Positions 10,811 through 23,500 of a stretch of DNA of 64,000 nucleotides are shown here, piece after piece. The notes beneath the pieces were generated by a model. The model saw only the letters and a list, made by a program, of their open reading frames with translations. It made no database searches and was not told where the DNA came from. The translations under genes and the position numbers were made by a program. Origin of the DNA: Diplonema japonicum. Taxonomy: Eukaryota > Protista > Euglenozoa: Diplonemea. Each line of letters opens with the position of its first letter. Position 1 is the first letter of the stretch. Location: positions 186,001-250,000 of the forward strand of contig OZ025687.1 in NCBI GenBank assembly GCA_964019335.1, given 5' to 3'.

Positions 10811-11725
10811 TCACGCATATTTCCACGAAATCCGTGCTTCATCGGTGGAGCCAGGGGGGCGGATTCTAATGGTTTTTCGACCGTTCTCCGCCTTTGGCAG
10901 CTCCATTTTCGAGGTTTGTTGTTGTTGCTGCTTCTTATCAGCCTTTTCTTTCCGCTTGCTCGTTACAGCGACTCGAGTATCGATGTTCTTCGCCAGTTTG
11001 AGGAATTCTGTTCCGGTAGTGCTGTTGATGAGGCTGACGGGAAGCCATCCACCAATGTTAAAATGGCAAAGAAGACCCACGTACAGTTTCCCGTTGGGCA
11101 GAGTCTCAATGAAGACCCCTGAGCCAGGGTACACATAGGCGGTGACTAGTTTTGTTTTAAAGCCTTCGAAGGGGGTCGCCTTGACTTGGTCAGTCTTTGA
11201 GAAGTCGATCCCTTCAAAGACGGAAAATATCTTATTGGTTTTTCCAGAATCATCTTTGTAGAACTTTGTGAAGCGAATGCCTGGAAATGCTCGGGAGGAC
11301 ACAACTCCTCCTCCTACCTCGTAAGAGGTATTTAGCTCAGCGTCAAGGAAATCATGTTCTCCTGTTGGAGAAGCCCATCGCTTGGGGTATACACCCCAGG
11401 ATATTGCTGCCTTGTCCCATTCCAATCTTTGCCCCCAATCGCATATCTGTGAAAAAACTGTTTCCGGGTCCGAACCCTCAGCTTCCCAAGAAATGCGCCA
11501 TCTTCTGTTGGAGATCCCCTTCATCATGCACCATTCGACGTTGTATTTACCCTTGTTGCCGTCGCTCTTCCATTCACCGCCTTCCTTGACCTTCTTCCCC
11601 TTGCAATCATGTGCCATTATGTCAATTGCCGGGAGCATCATGTCAACCAGTACTTGTGGTGCCTCGCCGTCCACTCGTCTTTCCTTCTCCACTTTGCTAC
11701 CATACTTTTCTTTTAACGCGTTCAT
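10811..11725 (-). CDS. START/SRPBCC lipid-binding domain protein (possible extra 3' exon near 10530-10690)
   Basis: DWGQRLEWD, GGVVSSRAF and HFNIGGWLPVSLIN are typical START-domain motifs. Confidence 0.7.
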   Translation of the reverse strand: MNALKEKYGSKVEKERRVDGEAPQVLVDMMLPAIDIMAHDCKGKKVKEGGEWKSDGNKGKYNVEWCMMKGISNRRWRISWEAEGSDPETVFSQICDWGQRLEWDKAAISWGVYPKRWASPTGEHDFLDAELNTSYEVGGGVVSSRAFPGIRFTKFYKDDSGKTNKIFSVFEGIDFSKTDQVKATPFEGFKTKLVTAYVYPGSGVFIETLPNGKLYVGLLCHFNIGGWLPVSLINSTTGTEFLKLAKNIDTRVAVTSKRKEKADKKQQQQQTSKMELPKAENGRKTIRIRPPGSTDEARISWKYA

Positions 11726-12290
11726 TGTTGTGTTGTTTCTGTTTGGGAATTTTGTTTTTTGTTGTTGCTGTTGTAGAGAGAGAGAAATGAGGAATTAAAA
11801 AAAAGAGGAGAAATGAAGAAAAGAAGAAAAAAAAAGCAGCAAGATTTTTTTAAAAAAAAGAACAACGGGAGGGGCTGGTAGGGTTTCTTTTTTTTTTTTT
11901 TTCCTTTGAGAAAAAAAAAATGTTAAAATAAAATTTTATTTCTATTTCATTTGTTTTCCCCCGTTCACAACTCCACCTCTCATTTTCCTCTCTTTTTTTT
12001 TTTTTTTTTTTTCCCTCTTCAATTTTTTTTTTTTTTTTTTGCTTTTTCCTGCTACACCGTTGAAAGTGCAGTGGTCGGGTGTTGGGAGGGCAGTTTCTTT
12101 CTGTTTCTCGAAAAAAAAACTATTTTTTTGTGTAAGAAGGGGAAAGAAAATAAAAAAAAAAAATAAAATAAAAAGAATAGTAAACATCTTTTGCGAAAAA
12201 CGTTTACCTCACGCAATAATATGAAGGTTTGTACAGATTAGAAAAAAGAAGGAGTAAGAGAAACTACGATACGCTGTTCCAACTACCTGC

Positions 12291-13504
<1,214 letters not shown>

Positions 13505-13560
13505 TTACAGTCATGACAAACGTTTTGAAGAAAGAAAAGGAAACAGAACCGAAAATAAAG

Positions 13561-14125
13561 ATGGCCCTGTTAAGTAGCCTTCAGTTTACCGACGGCAGGG
13601 AGGGGAAGGGGCGCAGGAGGGGTGCAGGGACGGTAAGTCGAGACGAACTGTGGGCAGTCAAACACAGGCCGCTTGGTCCGCTTGCTAGAGGGGTGCGAGA
13701 GACGCTTCAAGCACACATCAAAGGTAGTGCGCCCTATCCAAGGGTCGGGTAACAGCTTGCGGGGTGCCGGAAGAGGTGCCTTTTGCAGGAAAGGCCCAGT
13801 CCCTCCTGCAATAGTCGGCCCAGGGGGTAAACTCGTCAGTTTCGTGCGCACCTGTCGGTGGGGAACCAACCTCAACACGTTACAGCTCTCGGGCCTCAAT
13901 GTTGACAGCCCCACCGCTCGCCTCCTGATGGCCACTGCGAGGTCGTCGCTTGCAAGGGACGTTCCCCACATAGTTGCAGTATCTAAAGGAAGGACTCTTC
14001 GCTTCCCACCACACCCAGACAGAAGCTCATTCGAGTCACGTGTATCATGCACGTGCCCCATCGCCCCAAAAGTGGTCGGCGGCGCCATGCCCCCCTACCT
14101 GCAGCGTGTCGTGATACTGTAGCAA
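13561..14125. other. GC-rich, hairpin-rich non-coding island (candidate structured RNA or short retroposon)
   Basis: Lacks the homopolymers of other spacers and has no credible protein. Stems at 13856-13863/13909-13916, 13872-13878/13899-13905 and 13783-13790/13804-13811. Confidence 0.4.
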
Positions 14126-14150
14126 GTTCAACAAGGCAACAAAAAAACAT

Positions 14151-15782
14151 CTACTTTCCACCCCTTATGATCTGATGATGTACATCGCGTGCAAACGGCG
14201 TGGCGACAAGCACGTTGTAAATGGCCTCCGCAGCCTCTTCGCGGCCTGCGTCCGTCAGGACACTCAAGATGGACGTGAAGATGTTCGGAAGGTTATTGAA
14301 AGAGAGCTTCTCAGCTTCAGCATAAGCGCCCTCTGCCAAGAGGAGGTACACAGGAGACTGGTCAATAGCGTGGAGTGTTGCCGTGGCTGAGAGAAACTGA
14401 TCAGCTGCCTGCGGAGAAGCAGTGGTGAAGACGTGCTGTGGGAGATGGCTGTAGTTTGTGTGAAGCTTTTTGCAGATTGCCTCAAGAGAGGGTGAAGTCC
14501 ATGGGGACAAGCCATGGTGGGGGGTGAGCTGCGACATGAGGTTGAACAACCACAAGACCCGAGAGTGATACCCCTCGTTGTCGCTGTCGACCCCTTCCAA
14601 CAGTGCAAGCATCACCTTCCACGTCTCGGTGTTCGGGCTGACGGAGGGCAGCGACGTGTCCTCTGCGTCGCCTATCCTCGCAATGCTGCAGCATAGCGTG
14701 TCCACCAAACTTGCCGCCAGGTCGAAACCTTGGAGCTCCCCAGAGGCTTTAAGAATGCAATTCAGGGTGTACGTGTTGGGGTTCACACCGTCGTCCATCA
14801 TCTCTGACCATGTCGCCAGCACCTTCTGGTGGTCACCTTTTATTGTCAGCAGCCGCATTGCCGCATTGTAGGTGATGACGTTGGGCATCATATTATACTT
14901 TCCATCGCAAATAGACGCGAAGAGCTTCTCGCCTGCTTCAGCTGATGCTGGTGACTTGTGCGCCGACAAAATGGGGTTAAGTCCATCGATGCTGAGCACT
15001 GTTGAAGGGTTGGCAGCAAGGAGTTTGTGCAGCCCGTCGACGGCGAGAGACGGGGTTGAGAGGCGACCTGCGACCTTTCCATAACTTGCGAGGGTGAGGT
15101 TGCCCATTTCATGCTCGTTCTCAAGGGCGTAGGTGAAGGTGTTCGTAGCCTCGTCGGCGGTGGTGCAGCGGAGGAGGATACGTGACACCTCATGGTCAGT
15201 GAGCCGCCTTGGGTTCATGTGTCGTTGGTCAAGGAGTTCGGTGAGATGCCTGATGACCTTGAAGGGTGAGGGCGCCTCGATGTCGTCAAGCAGCGCTTCA
15301 ATGTCCCATTCGTCCACGTCAAGCGCGACGAAGCTGTTCAGAAAGGTGCCCATGAACATGGAGCTCTTGACGGACGGTCCGCGTGCTGCAGAGATCCGTC
15401 TTGCGTAGGGGCGGCCTTGGTTGATAAGTTGCGGCATCTTCTGCGGTGCTGTTTCGCGTCCCATAGGCTCTCCTGCGATGCTCACCACATCGTAGAAACT
15501 TCCTATCTTCCTGTTGCGCAGGAATGGAAGCCGCATCGTGTCGTCTTGGTCCCTCACATCCTTGTCCAGCGTCCCGTAGCTCTTGTTCGTAACAGGAAGG
15601 TACTCTGCTCCGCCAAGTCTCCTCTGCACCTCTTGCATTCTCACCTCATCTGTCTCCTTCCGAAAGTCTCCCGTATAATGCTTCCACCACGCTGTTAAAT
15701 ACTTATTCTTATACGCGTCGAAATAGTGCTTGCTGGGCGGTCCATTGACCCAACGCTTCTGCCCCCGCATTCTGTGGAGCAT
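14151..15782 (-). CDS. Pentatricopeptide repeat (PPR) protein, probably mitochondrial
   Basis: PPR-like units PNVITYNAAM, GVNPNTYTLNCIL and SPNTETWKVML. Arg-rich N-terminus MLHRMRGQKRW. Confidence 0.8.
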   Translation of the reverse strand: MLHRMRGQKRWVNGPPSKHYFDAYKNKYLTAWWKHYTGDFRKETDEVRMQEVQRRLGGAEYLPVTNKSYGTLDKDVRDQDDTMRLPFLRNRKIGSFYDVVSIAGEPMGRETAPQKMPQLINQGRPYARRISAARGPSVKSSMFMGTFLNSFVALDVDEWDIEALLDDIEAPSPFKVIRHLTELLDQRHMNPRRLTDHEVSRILLRCTTADEATNTFTYALENEHEMGNLTLASYGKVAGRLSTPSLAVDGLHKLLAANPSTVLSIDGLNPILSAHKSPASAEAGEKLFASICDGKYNMMPNVITYNAAMRLLTIKGDHQKVLATWSEMMDDGVNPNTYTLNCILKASGELQGFDLAASLVDTLCCSIARIGDAEDTSLPSVSPNTETWKVMLALLEGVDSDNEGYHSRVLWLFNLMSQLTPHHGLSPWTSPSLEAICKKLHTNYSHLPQHVFTTASPQAADQFLSATATLHAIDQSPVYLLLAEGAYAEAEKLSFNNLPNIFTSILSVLTDAGREEAAEAIYNVLVATPFARDVHHQIIRGGK

Positions 15783-16096
15783 CTTTTCTTTTGCCCTGGA
15801 TGGTGGTGGCGGTGATATTGTCAGTTTTTTTCTTCTTTTCCTACAACTTGAAGGAAAAAAAAAATGGGGAGGGGGAGGGGAGGTGAAAGGGCGTGTGGAA
15901 ATTGTATACCAAATACTGAACGGATAAAAAAAAAAAAAAAAAAGAAGAGAAAGTTCTTTTCGCACTAAACTTTAACAAGCTTTTCTCCAGCCCTCGGTTT
16001 CGATTTTCATTGGGGGGAAGCGTGGAGAAGTTTGTCAGATAGTCTTTACTAAAGGAAAAAAAAAACCCCCCCACCCTACATCTTTCCCATAATAAG

Positions 16097-17653
16097 CTAA
16101 AATTTTATAGCTGCTGTCCCGCCACGGGAAGCAGTAGTGTACGGGGTGATTTCGAAGTAATTGGACAGCTGGCGTAGGTGGTCTGGGAAGACTTCATTGC
16201 CTGCTACAATGGTAATGTGACGCAAGGGAAGGTTCTTGGAGGGAGTCTGGATGTCCTTCTTGACTGCAGTGTTGAGACTTATCCAGTTTGCGGACGATCC
16301 TGCTCCGGCTCCTGCGGCCCCAACCTCTGTCGACTCCTCAGATTCGAACATTTTTAACGACGCCACGTCATCGGAACCCTCATCGAAAGAAAATCTATTT
16401 TTCGCACGTCCACCTGACGGGATAAAGGTGACTTCGCAAGCGCTGATCAATTGCTCCACAGCTTCGCTGTGGATATTATTGTGTGCCACATCAAGATGGA
16501 ATAATTCGCTTGCAGAGGGGAGCACTTCTACAATATAATCGAACCCCGACTTATCCAAAATCAGCGGGCGGGTTCCAAGGTTGTTTCGCCATAGCATGAG
16601 CTCGCGTAGCTTTGCGTGGTCGCGGATCAACATTGAAAGGTGCATGCCTGCCTTCGCTCCGATCTTATTGGTTGAAAGGTTCAATGAACCGAGCTTGGAC
16701 ATCCTGTTGGAGAGGATGCCCTTGCACACTGCCTCGCAGCCCTCGTCCTGCATGTTGTTCAAGGACGCGTCGACGTGGCGCAGCTTCCCGTTCTTCTGCA
16801 AAATCTGTCCTAATATCTTTGAACCGTCGATGCCCAATCGTGCACCGCTTACATTGAGCCTTGTGAGCGAAGGATGGTTTGAAAGAGAAGTCCCAACGTC
16901 GGAGAAGGACGGCCCGATCCCAGTCCCGGACAGTGAAAGAAACACCAATGTGTCGCAAAATGCAAGTGACCCTCCAAGACGAACCCCCCGCCCGCTTTCT
17001 TTCAACGACATTCCCTGAAAAGACGCGACATACACCTTCTCAGCAGAAGGGTTCCCCACCGAGACCACACCCTTGAGATTGTTATGCGCCAACTGTTTGC
17101 ATATAAATTCGACACGGCGGTCTTCATCGACAGAGGACACTCTGAAGGCAGATCGGATCCCGTTGTGACTTCGTGCTGACTCCCATTGCTTTCTTGTGGG
17201 GGCTTCTGGGAATCTACCAGATTTTTTATAGTCGACAATGTGGAAACCTAAAGGGTGCTCCTTTCTTGCTTGCATTGTTGTAGGGGGACTGTATTCGGGG
17301 TAGTGATGTTGAAATGCTTCTTTTGCGACAGTTTGCAGCTCTTCTGGCGTCAAGCAGTGAAGAGCGAGCTCCTCATTGAACGGGAGCTCTGCTGCGGTGT
17401 CCTCGTTCTCGTTGTTGAAGATGATTGTTCGCAACATACTTCGCAGACCTGCTCGTTTGGACTCCTTTTGCGAAACAGCAGCTGCCGACTTGTCCGGGCC
17501 CTTCCACACATTCTTCAGCACCGTTCCCCACCTCCCCTTCTTTTCTTCATGGGACTGGTTTGAGCTCGTTTTGTCTTCCGCCACATTGACAACGTGGAGC
17601 AGATCATCTGGTTTTTCCTCGAAAACTTCACCTTCGTCACTTCTTGTGCTCAT
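16097..17653 (-). CDS. Leucine-rich repeat protein (RNI/NLRC3-like LRRs)
   Basis: Repeated LxxLxLxxNxI/LG units such as LGSLNLSTNKIG, LRELMLWRNNLG and LFHLDVAHNNI. Confidence 0.85.
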   Translation of the reverse strand: MSTRSDEGEVFEEKPDDLLHVVNVAEDKTSSNQSHEEKKGRWGTVLKNVWKGPDKSAAAVSQKESKRAGLRSMLRTIIFNNENEDTAAELPFNEELALHCLTPEELQTVAKEAFQHHYPEYSPPTTMQARKEHPLGFHIVDYKKSGRFPEAPTRKQWESARSHNGIRSAFRVSSVDEDRRVEFICKQLAHNNLKGVVSVGNPSAEKVYVASFQGMSLKESGRGVRLGGSLAFCDTLVFLSLSGTGIGPSFSDVGTSLSNHPSLTRLNVSGARLGIDGSKILGQILQKNGKLRHVDASLNNMQDEGCEAVCKGILSNRMSKLGSLNLSTNKIGAKAGMHLSMLIRDHAKLRELMLWRNNLGTRPLILDKSGFDYIVEVLPSASELFHLDVAHNNIHSEAVEQLISACEVTFIPSGGRAKNRFSFDEGSDDVASLKMFESEESTEVGAAGAGAGSSANWISLNTAVKKDIQTPSKNLPLRHITIVAGNEVFPDHLRQLSNYFEITPYTTASRGGTAAIKF

Positions 17654-18381
17654 CTTATCTTTTTTTTTTTCTTTTTTTTTTTTTTTCTTCCTCTGCCCCC
17701 CCTTTTTTTATTGACGGGGAGACACCAAAAATGAACAAAGAGGGTTTCGTTCAAAAATATATGCCGGGAAGGGAAGGGCTTTAAAAAAAAAAAAAAGGGA
17801 AAAAAAAAAAAAAAAAACAATAGTTTTCTTCAGAAAACGACTTTGCGGGGGGTATTAAGCAGAAGCGATCAGAAAAATAAAAAAGTTCACTATGGTCGGG
17901 GAGGGGGGGTGTTAACCATCAAAAGAAAGGAAAAGAAACGGTACGCAAAAAAGGGAGGGGGAAGGGGGGAGAACTTAAGATCCGTACAAGAGCGCAAAAA
18001 GGCAGGCAGAACACACAAGGGAGAACGGCTTTCTTTTTTTTTTTTTTTTTTCCCCTTTTTTCCGTCCCTTCTCAACAGCAAAAACTTAAAAAAAAAAAAA
18101 AAAACTTAAAGAACAACAAGCATTCAATGAAACTTTCCTTGGATTTCTTTTTTTTTTTTTTTTTCTTCTTCTTTTTTGCATAATCAACAACACAACTTAG
18201 GTACTAGCCTCCCCCACTCTCTGTGGTTTTCCTCAGTTAAAGGACTGCTGCCACCTGAAACGTGCTCTTACCATCTTGTCTTTTCTTGGGGCATGGGGTT
18301 CAGTATTGCCCATGTGGGGAAGGGAAGGGGTCAAAGGTCTTCTAGCTCCTTTCGAAGAAGAGACTTTATAACGTTCGTAAC

Positions 18382-19644
<1,263 letters not shown>

Positions 19645-19706
19645 CTAGAAGAAGAAGAAAAAAAAAAGAAAAAAAACAAATTGTTGCCAGCACACTGAAG
19701 GCCTGC

Positions 19707-20171
19707 CTAGCCTAGCATCCGTTTCTTTGCGTCGCCCATTTTTTCTCCCATGGTACCCGACTTCAGGTAGCCAAAATGCCGCGCGCCCTTTATAGTCCCA
19801 TAGAAAACTCCCATTGCAAGGAAATACGTGAAAAAGAAAAGTGCGATCTGAAATTTTATTAATAAATTTAGGAGTGGGATCGTTCATACCTTTGCACCCG
19901 TGCTCATGCCACTGTCGCTGCTGGGTGGTGCTGAGGTTGCTGGAGCTTGAGTTGAAGGTGCTGTGGTGGGTATATTGCTAGGGCTGCAGGTGCCGGTGCT
20001 GTTATCATAAGTGCAGCCGACGAGTGTGTCACACATAGTCATGTTAGAGGTTCCGTTGTCGCAGCACTCCGTGACGTTTACGCTCTTCGTGCAGTCCACA
20101 TCCCACACCCAGTCACCAACGGTGTCCTGAGCCTGCGTCAGAATAACAACCCCGAGGGTCACAAACAGCAT
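19707..20171 (-). CDS. Small single-pass membrane glycoprotein (signal peptide, Cys-rich domain, S/T/P stalk, TM helix)
   Basis: Exon 1 MLFVTLGVVILTQA...GMSTGAK. Intron 19848-19889 (GTATGA...TTTCAG). Exon 2 IALFFFTYFLAMGVFYGTIKG...KKRMLG*. Confidence 0.72.
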
Positions 20172-20221
20172 TGTTATATTACTTTTGGTTCCCCCCTCCC
20201 TCACCTTTCTTTAATTAAAAT

Positions 20222-20386
20222 TCAAATTAACACGCAAGCCTGAGACGAAAGCCGCATGCTCTAAAAAAGGACTAGGTATCTCTCAGTTTCGGACATATCT
20301 CACGACTCCTCCAGGTGCTGTCCTCTTCAGACGAGAGGCACCTTCAATGGTTCCTACTAGCGTCCCAGAGTACTTTTCCCAACCAC
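20222..20386 (-). ncRNA. Hammerhead-ribozyme-like element, copy 2 (non-canonical strand order)
   Basis: Minus strand reads UCUCGU-CUGAAGA-GGACA...AGUC-GUGAGA-UA-UGUCC-GAAAC. CUGAAGA at 20330-20324, GUC at 20306-20304, GAAA at 20290-20287. Confidence 0.72.
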
Positions 20387-20540
20387 GGTCTTCTTGGTGC
20401 TATGGAAAGAAAGAGACCGGTTTTTGTTTTCTCATCTTTTTTCTGTCTTTCTTTGGGTTGGAAAGCGAAGAAGAATAACTACTACTATTATCTAATCTTT
20501 GGGGGAATTCTTTTTTTCTTTTTCTTTTTCTATTGTCTGT

Positions 20541-23500
20541 CTAAGGCCACCTGGCGAGCGACCGTTTCAAAACCGCTACGTACACCCAGACTGAAAGGTA
20601 ATCGTTGTTCCCGCAGGAGAAAAAGCCTTTGGTGTAGACTCCGATCGCGAATTCTACGTTGGGGTCCGCTGGGTCGGTGCTGTGGATGGCAGTGTGGGCG
20701 ATTGCACGCTTGATGGTTGCGAAGTCACTCCAAGGGAAGTGAAAGGGGAACCCGTGCATTTCGTACGATGAAAGGGCTTCGCGAAGGGAGGTGCGGTGAT
20801 AGTCAAGGATCTCCGTGTGCTTTGCAGCAAGCCAAGCCTCGCTTCCGTCGCCCTCGCCCCTGCCTCTATCATAGCCTTCTGTGTATGCTTGTTCCATCGC
20901 AGGCAGCAGTACGTGGTCCAACACCTTTCTGCCGTGAATGTCTAGTAGATTCCTAAACGTCGTGAGCATGTTCTTCACAGGGCTTCGCAGCTCCTTCATC
21001 TGCGATTTTAATTCATCTGTGAGCAAGACCTGTATCCTCACCTCCTTCTCCTCCGCAATAGGAAGGTATGTCCCTATCGACGCTTGACACGACTCCTTCG
21101 GCACGCTGTTCATATCCAAAAACAATGGCCGCCACGACCGCCCTGCAAACAGATTCCACTCCATCCTCCTCGGCAAGCTTGTCGCCTGTACATTGCACAA
21201 TATGTTTGTGTGGTTATAAACCACGCTGATGTCCTTAAGAGGACATTTGTTGCTGTGCAGGGAGTACCTGTCTCCGGTGACAGGATCCCACAAGAAATAC
21301 GCATCGGGGTTGATGGCGTCTATTGTAAGAACAAACGACGCCTTCAAGTGCTTGTCGGTGCTGCCGAGCACGACCCAGACTTCGGAGAACCTTCTGAACG
21401 GAGGGTGGCACAACCACTGGAAATAGTTGGCGAGCAGGCTGCTGTGTTCGTCATAGTCACCTGCCCCTGTCTCGAGGAACTCGAGTGAAGTGCTCCAACA
21501 CGTGCCGGTGTCATCGTCGCGCACCACAACCGTCTCCAGGAAAGGGATGATGCTGACAAACCGGGAAATCGTGAACTCGGGTGGGATCTCGCTGTTCTCC
21601 AGCAGCTCTTGCGGGGGCACCAGGCCGTCTTGTCGGACGTACCTGCTGATCAGTGTCGCGCGTTTGTCGGTGCTGTGCACCAATGCCATGATCCTCTCCA
21701 TCCTGGCATGCCCGCTTGGTGCTACATTTTTGACTGTTGAACGACATCTTGCCAACCACCGCTGTGCGTGCCAGAACAGCTGGACAGGTTCATTTGAATG
21801 CAACGCATCAAACGAGTCGGAAATGCTCCTCGGCGCGCTGCCTGGCGACAGGGTGATGTAAAGCGAGAGCGTCGAGAAGTTGTTCATCGCCTGCTCTTGG
21901 GAGGAAGGAAGATCAGACTGTTGTGCGTAAGCCAGCGACACAGCTGGTGCCTGCAGCCGCAGCGTGCCTTCCCACGTTGATCGTGTCGAATTGTACACAG
22001 TGGCAAACGGGATCTCGCAGCTACCTAGGAACTTCTTCATCTCGTAGTAGTTCACAGTCTTCCCCTCTGCCTGCTCGTGCAGATCGTTGCCGAGCCTGTG
22101 GCTCTTCACCTTGTCGAAGAGGCGTACTTCTATCGGATCATTCATGACGGCCAGTGTCTCTGTTTTCAGATCGTCTGGTAGGTTGAGTTTCACTGTCTCG
22201 AAAAACAGTGGGTCCGGCCCCACGGCGCTCCTGCTTTTCTTTGGATTGCTGACCCCGAACCTCACCTCAGCGAAGACATCGAGGTCCACATCTGCTTCCT
22301 TCTTCTCATCTTTGCTCTCCTCCAACCCGAGGCCCACTGAACCAAACCCGGACCCCCTAGGCTTCGCAAGCCGAACGGACTTCTTGCCTTCGCTCAAATG
22401 TGCCGAGCATCTCACAGGCAAGTTGCTGCCACTCTTGATGTACACCAGCAGGGTAGGCTTCTCCCCAGACATCTCTGCAACCGTCTCATCGATAAAGCGC
22501 CTGTAAGGCCTGAGTTTTGAAATCGGCTGGAAGAAGTCGATCAGTACGTCGAAGATGTTCCTTTGCACCTCATCGATAGGCTGTGTCACCATTTCATTCA
22601 GCAGCTCGTTATCACGCATGGTACCCTTCTTCGCAAGCAGCGCTTTCGCTTTCCTGATCTTGGCTTGCCACGCCTCAGTCGAAAGCACGTTCTTCTCATC
22701 ATCAGACTCAGATTCTTCAGGGTCACGCTCCCAGTCTTTCTCCTGAGGGAGCCTTGGGACAGGGAGGCTGCGCGATCCTGCAAGCAGCCTGTCCTGCCTG
22801 TCTGCGATAGGTGCCTTACTTTCGATCAGCTTCCACCTACGTTTCAGGAGCTTCGTCCTATCCATGAAGCCCTGTCGTGGCGTGATGTGCGGCGGCGGAA
22901 GAAGGACAGAGGCCAAGGGGCCGTCCTGCTCTTGGGCCACCATCCTCCGCTTGCTTCGGGTAAGTGCCGCCCCGTGTCTTACCGCGAGACGTTTTATGAG
23001 CGGCTGATGCACAGGGTCGTTGGGGTCCATCCTGCCGGCCACAACCTCCTTTGTGACTTCCTTGAGATCCATCAACTGTGTGTTGTTGATGATGGGCAGC
23101 GGTGCCCGCGAAGGGAAGCCCTTTTCATGCTGCGACCAGAAGGCCTCGACAAGCATACAGCCAGCTGTCTGCACATCGGAGGAGAACGGGTGCCATGCTA
23201 TGTTCCTGCTTGACTGCGCAGCGCCTGGCTCAAATGGCGAAGCGCCAAAGGGAGGGGTCACTGTGACATATCCACATGAAAAGCTTCGTGTCAGACCGCG
23301 CCCTCTCTGGATCACCTGGATGAGCAAGGCTTCAGGTTCCTTGGCCAAGTGGAGCCTCACAAGGCTATTGAAATCGACATTGAAGTCCTTCCCCATAGGC
23401 TTCCACTCTGTCTTAGCTGCCAATCGGCCCCTGCCGTCCCCGTCTTTGAGCCGCACGAACAGCATACACTTGTACAACAACTTATCGTGCAACTCCTTGC

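Noticed and set aside
13787-13900. GGAAAGGCCCAG as RNase P/MRP conserved region I
   Set aside because: No convincing CR-V/P4 partner at the expected position.
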